From Balanoglossus misakiensis (lineage: Eukaryota; Animalia; Hemichordata): 64,000 bases of DNA. The notes under the pieces are model-generated. The model was not told where the DNA came from. It saw only the letters and a list, made by a program, of their open reading frames with translations, and ran no database searches. This document shows positions 61,201 to 64,000 of the stretch, piece after piece. Position numbers and translations under genes: made by a program. The stretch spans positions 5,322,783 to 5,386,782 of the forward strand of contig CM082580.2 of NCBI GenBank assembly GCA_040954595.2, given 5' to 3'. Numbering within the stretch: position 1 is the stretch's first letter; the number at the start of each line of letters is the position of its first letter.

Positions 61201-64000
61201 AATTTTGAAAATTCGCAAAGTCGAAAAACTGTCATTTTTTGATGATTTTCCTGAGCTATAACCCATGATTTTTGTGAAAAATGGCCAAATTTTGAAAATT
61301 TGCAAAGTCGAAAAATTGTCATTTTCTGATGATTTTCATGAGCTATAACCCATGATTTTTGTGAAAAATGGCCAAATTTTGAAAATTCGCAAAGTCGAAA
61401 AACTGTCATTTTTTGATGATTTTCATGAGCTATAACCCATGATTTTTTGTGAAAAATGGCCAAATTTTGAAAACTCGCAAAGTCGAAAAATTGTCATTTT
61501 TTGATGATTTTCATGAGCTATAACCCATGATTTTTTGTGAAAAATGGCCAAATTTTGAAAATTCGCAAAGTCGAAAAAGTGTCATTTTTTGATGATTTTC
61601 ATGAGCTATAACCCATGATTTTTGTAAAAAATGGCCAAATTTTGAAAATTCGCAAAGTCGAAAAATTGTCATTTTTTGATGATTTTCATGAGCTACAACC
61701 CATGATTTTTTTTAAAAAATGGCCAAATTTTGAAAATTCGCAAAGTCGAAAAATTGTCATTTTTGATGATTTTCATGAGCTATAACCCATGATTTTTGTG
61801 AAAAATGGCCAAATTTTGAAAATTCGCAAAGTCGAAAAATTGTCATTTCCTGATGATTTTCATGAGCTATAACCCATGATTTTTTGTGAAAAATGGCCAA
61901 ATTTTGAAAATTCGCAAAGTCGAAAAATTGTCATTTTTTGATGATTTTCATGAGCTATAACCCATGATTTTTGTGAAAAATGGCCAAATTTTGAAAATTC
62001 GCAAAGTCGAAAAACTGTCATTTTTTGATGATTTTCATGAGCTATAACCCATGATTTTTGTGAAAAATGGCCAAATTTTGAAAATTCGCAAAGTCGAAAA
62101 ATTGTCATTTTTTGATGATTTTCATGAGCTATAACCCATGATTTTTGTGAAAAATGGCCAAATTTTGAAAATTCGCAAAGTCGAAAAACTGTCATTTTTT
62201 GATGATTTTCCTGAGCTATAACCCATGATTTTTGTGAAAAATGGCCAAATTTTGAAAATTTGCAAAGTCGAAAAATTGTCATTTTCTGATGATTTTCATG
62301 AGCTATAACCCATGATTTTTGTGAAAAATGGCCAAATTTTGAAAATTCGCAAAGTCGAAAAACTGTCATTTTTTGATGATTTTCATGAGCTATAACCCAT
62401 GATTTTTGTGAAAAATGGCCAAATTTTGAAAATTCGCAAAGTCGAAAAATTGTCATTTTTTGATGATTTTCATGAGCTATAACCCATGATTTTTGTGAAA
62501 AATGGCCAAATTTTGAAAATTTGCAAAGTCGAAAAATTGTCATTTTCTGATGATTTTCATGAGCTATAACCCATGATTTTTGTGAAAAATGGCCAAATTT
62601 TGAAAATTCGCAAAGTCGAAAAACTGTCATTTTTTGATGATTTTCATGAGCTATAACCCATGATTTTTTGTGAAAAATGGCCAAATTTTGAAAACTCGCA
62701 AAGTCGAAAAATTGTCATTTTTTGATGATTTTCATGAGCTATAACCCATGATTTTTTGTGAAAAATGGCCAAATTTTGAAAATTCGCAAAGTCGAAAAAG
62801 TGTCATTTTTTGATGATTTTCATGAGCTATAACCCATGATTTTTGTAAAAAATGGCCAAATTTTGAAAATTCGCAAAGTCGAAAAATTGTCATTTATGAT
62901 GATTTTCATGAGCTATAACCCATGATTTTTGTGAAAAATGGCCAAATTTTGAAAATTCGCAAAGTCGAAAAATTGTCATTTCCTGATGATTTTCATGAGC
63001 TATAACCCATGATTTTTTGTGAAAAATGGCCAAATTTTGAAAATTCGCAAAGTCGAAAAATTGTCATTTTTTGATGATTTTCATGAGCTATAACCCATGA
63101 TTTTTGTGAAAAATGGCCAAATTTTGAAAATTCGCAAAGTCGAAAAACTGTCATTTTTTGATGATTTTCATGAGCTATAACCCATGATTTTTGTGAAAAA
63201 TGGCCAAATTTTGAAAATTCGCAAAGTCGAATAATTGTCACTATTTGATGATTTTCATGAGCTATAACCCATGATTTTTTGTGAAAAATGGCCAAATTTT
63301 GAAAACTCGCAAAGTCGAAAATTTGTCATTTTTTGATGATTTTCATGAGCTATAACCCATGATTTTTGTGAAAAATGGCCAAATTTTGAAAATTCGCAAA
63401 GTCGAAAAATTGTCATTTTTTGATGATTTTCATGAGCTATAACCCATGATTTTTGTGAAAAATGGCCAAATTTTGAAAATTCGCAAAGTCGAAAAATTGT
63501 CATTTTTTGATGATTTTCATGAGCTATAACCCATGATTTTTGTGAAAAATTGCCAAATTTTGAAAATTCGCAAAGTCGAAAAACTGTCATTTTTTGATGA
63601 TTTTCATGAGCTATAACCCATGATTTTTGTAAAAAATGGCCAAATTTTGAAAATTCGCAAAGTCGAAAAATTGTCATTTTTTGATGATTTCCATGAGCTA
63701 TAACCCATGATTTTTTGTGGAAAATGGCCAAATTTTGGAAAATCGGAAAGTCGAAAAACTGTCATTTTTTGATGATTTTCATGAGCTATAACCCCTTGAT
63801 TTTTGTAAAAAATGGCCAAATTTTGAAAATTCGCAAAGTCGAAAAATTGTCATTTTTTGATGATTTTCATGAGCTATAACCCATGATTTTTGTGAAAAAT
63901 GGCCAAATTTTGAAAATTCGCAAAGTCGAAAAACTGTCATTGTTTGATGATTTTCCTGAGCTATAACCCATGATTTTTGTGAAAAATGGCCAAATTTTGA
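46211..64000. repeat. Satellite array, 87-bp consensus monomer (86-88 bp variants), about 200 copies, continuing past the window end
   Basis: Monomer catgagctataacccatgatttttgtgaaaaatggccaaattttgaaaattcgcaaagtcgaaaaattgtcattttttgatgatttt repeated head to tail; 29-aa periodicity in the spurious ORFs. Confidence 0.98.

Noticed and set aside
46397-63819. Many minus-strand ORFs up to 274 aa with a 29-aa repeat (…FRLCEFSKFGHFSQKSWVIAHENHQKMT…)
   Set aside because: Artefact of an 87-bp (multiple of 3) monomer; frequent 86/88-bp monomers break the frame, showing no coding constraint.
46211-64000. CRISPR-like array
   Set aside because: Monomers are contiguous with no unique spacers, there are no cas genes, and the context is eukaryotic.

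Overview
Eukaryotic (metazoan) genomic DNA, probably a marine invertebrate deuterostome; that attribution is inferred from repeat style and intron structure. Almost all long ORFs in the supplied track are spurious. There are three main contents. (1) A + strand multi-exon gene, assembled by hand from GT-AG sites with consistent phases (23 exons, 19993-38838, about 804 aa, 5' end unresolved). It encodes a STAC-family adaptor with an N-terminal F-BAR/coiled-coil region, a C1 zinc finger, the STAC 'VDxVYET' motif, a Ser/Arg-rich linker with candidate alternative microexons, and tandem SH3 domains. (2) An intron-containing tRNA-Arg(CCT) nested in one of its introns. (3) A ~17.8 kb array of an 86-88 bp AT-rich satellite (46211 to the window end) with layered higher-order duplications. 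Also present are MITE-like elements (one with perfect 128-bp TIRs), microsatellites, and an excess of the 8-mer TACATGTA. There are no prokaryotic features or CRISPR arrays. I found no clear-cut new biological system; the most interesting items are listed as hypotheses.
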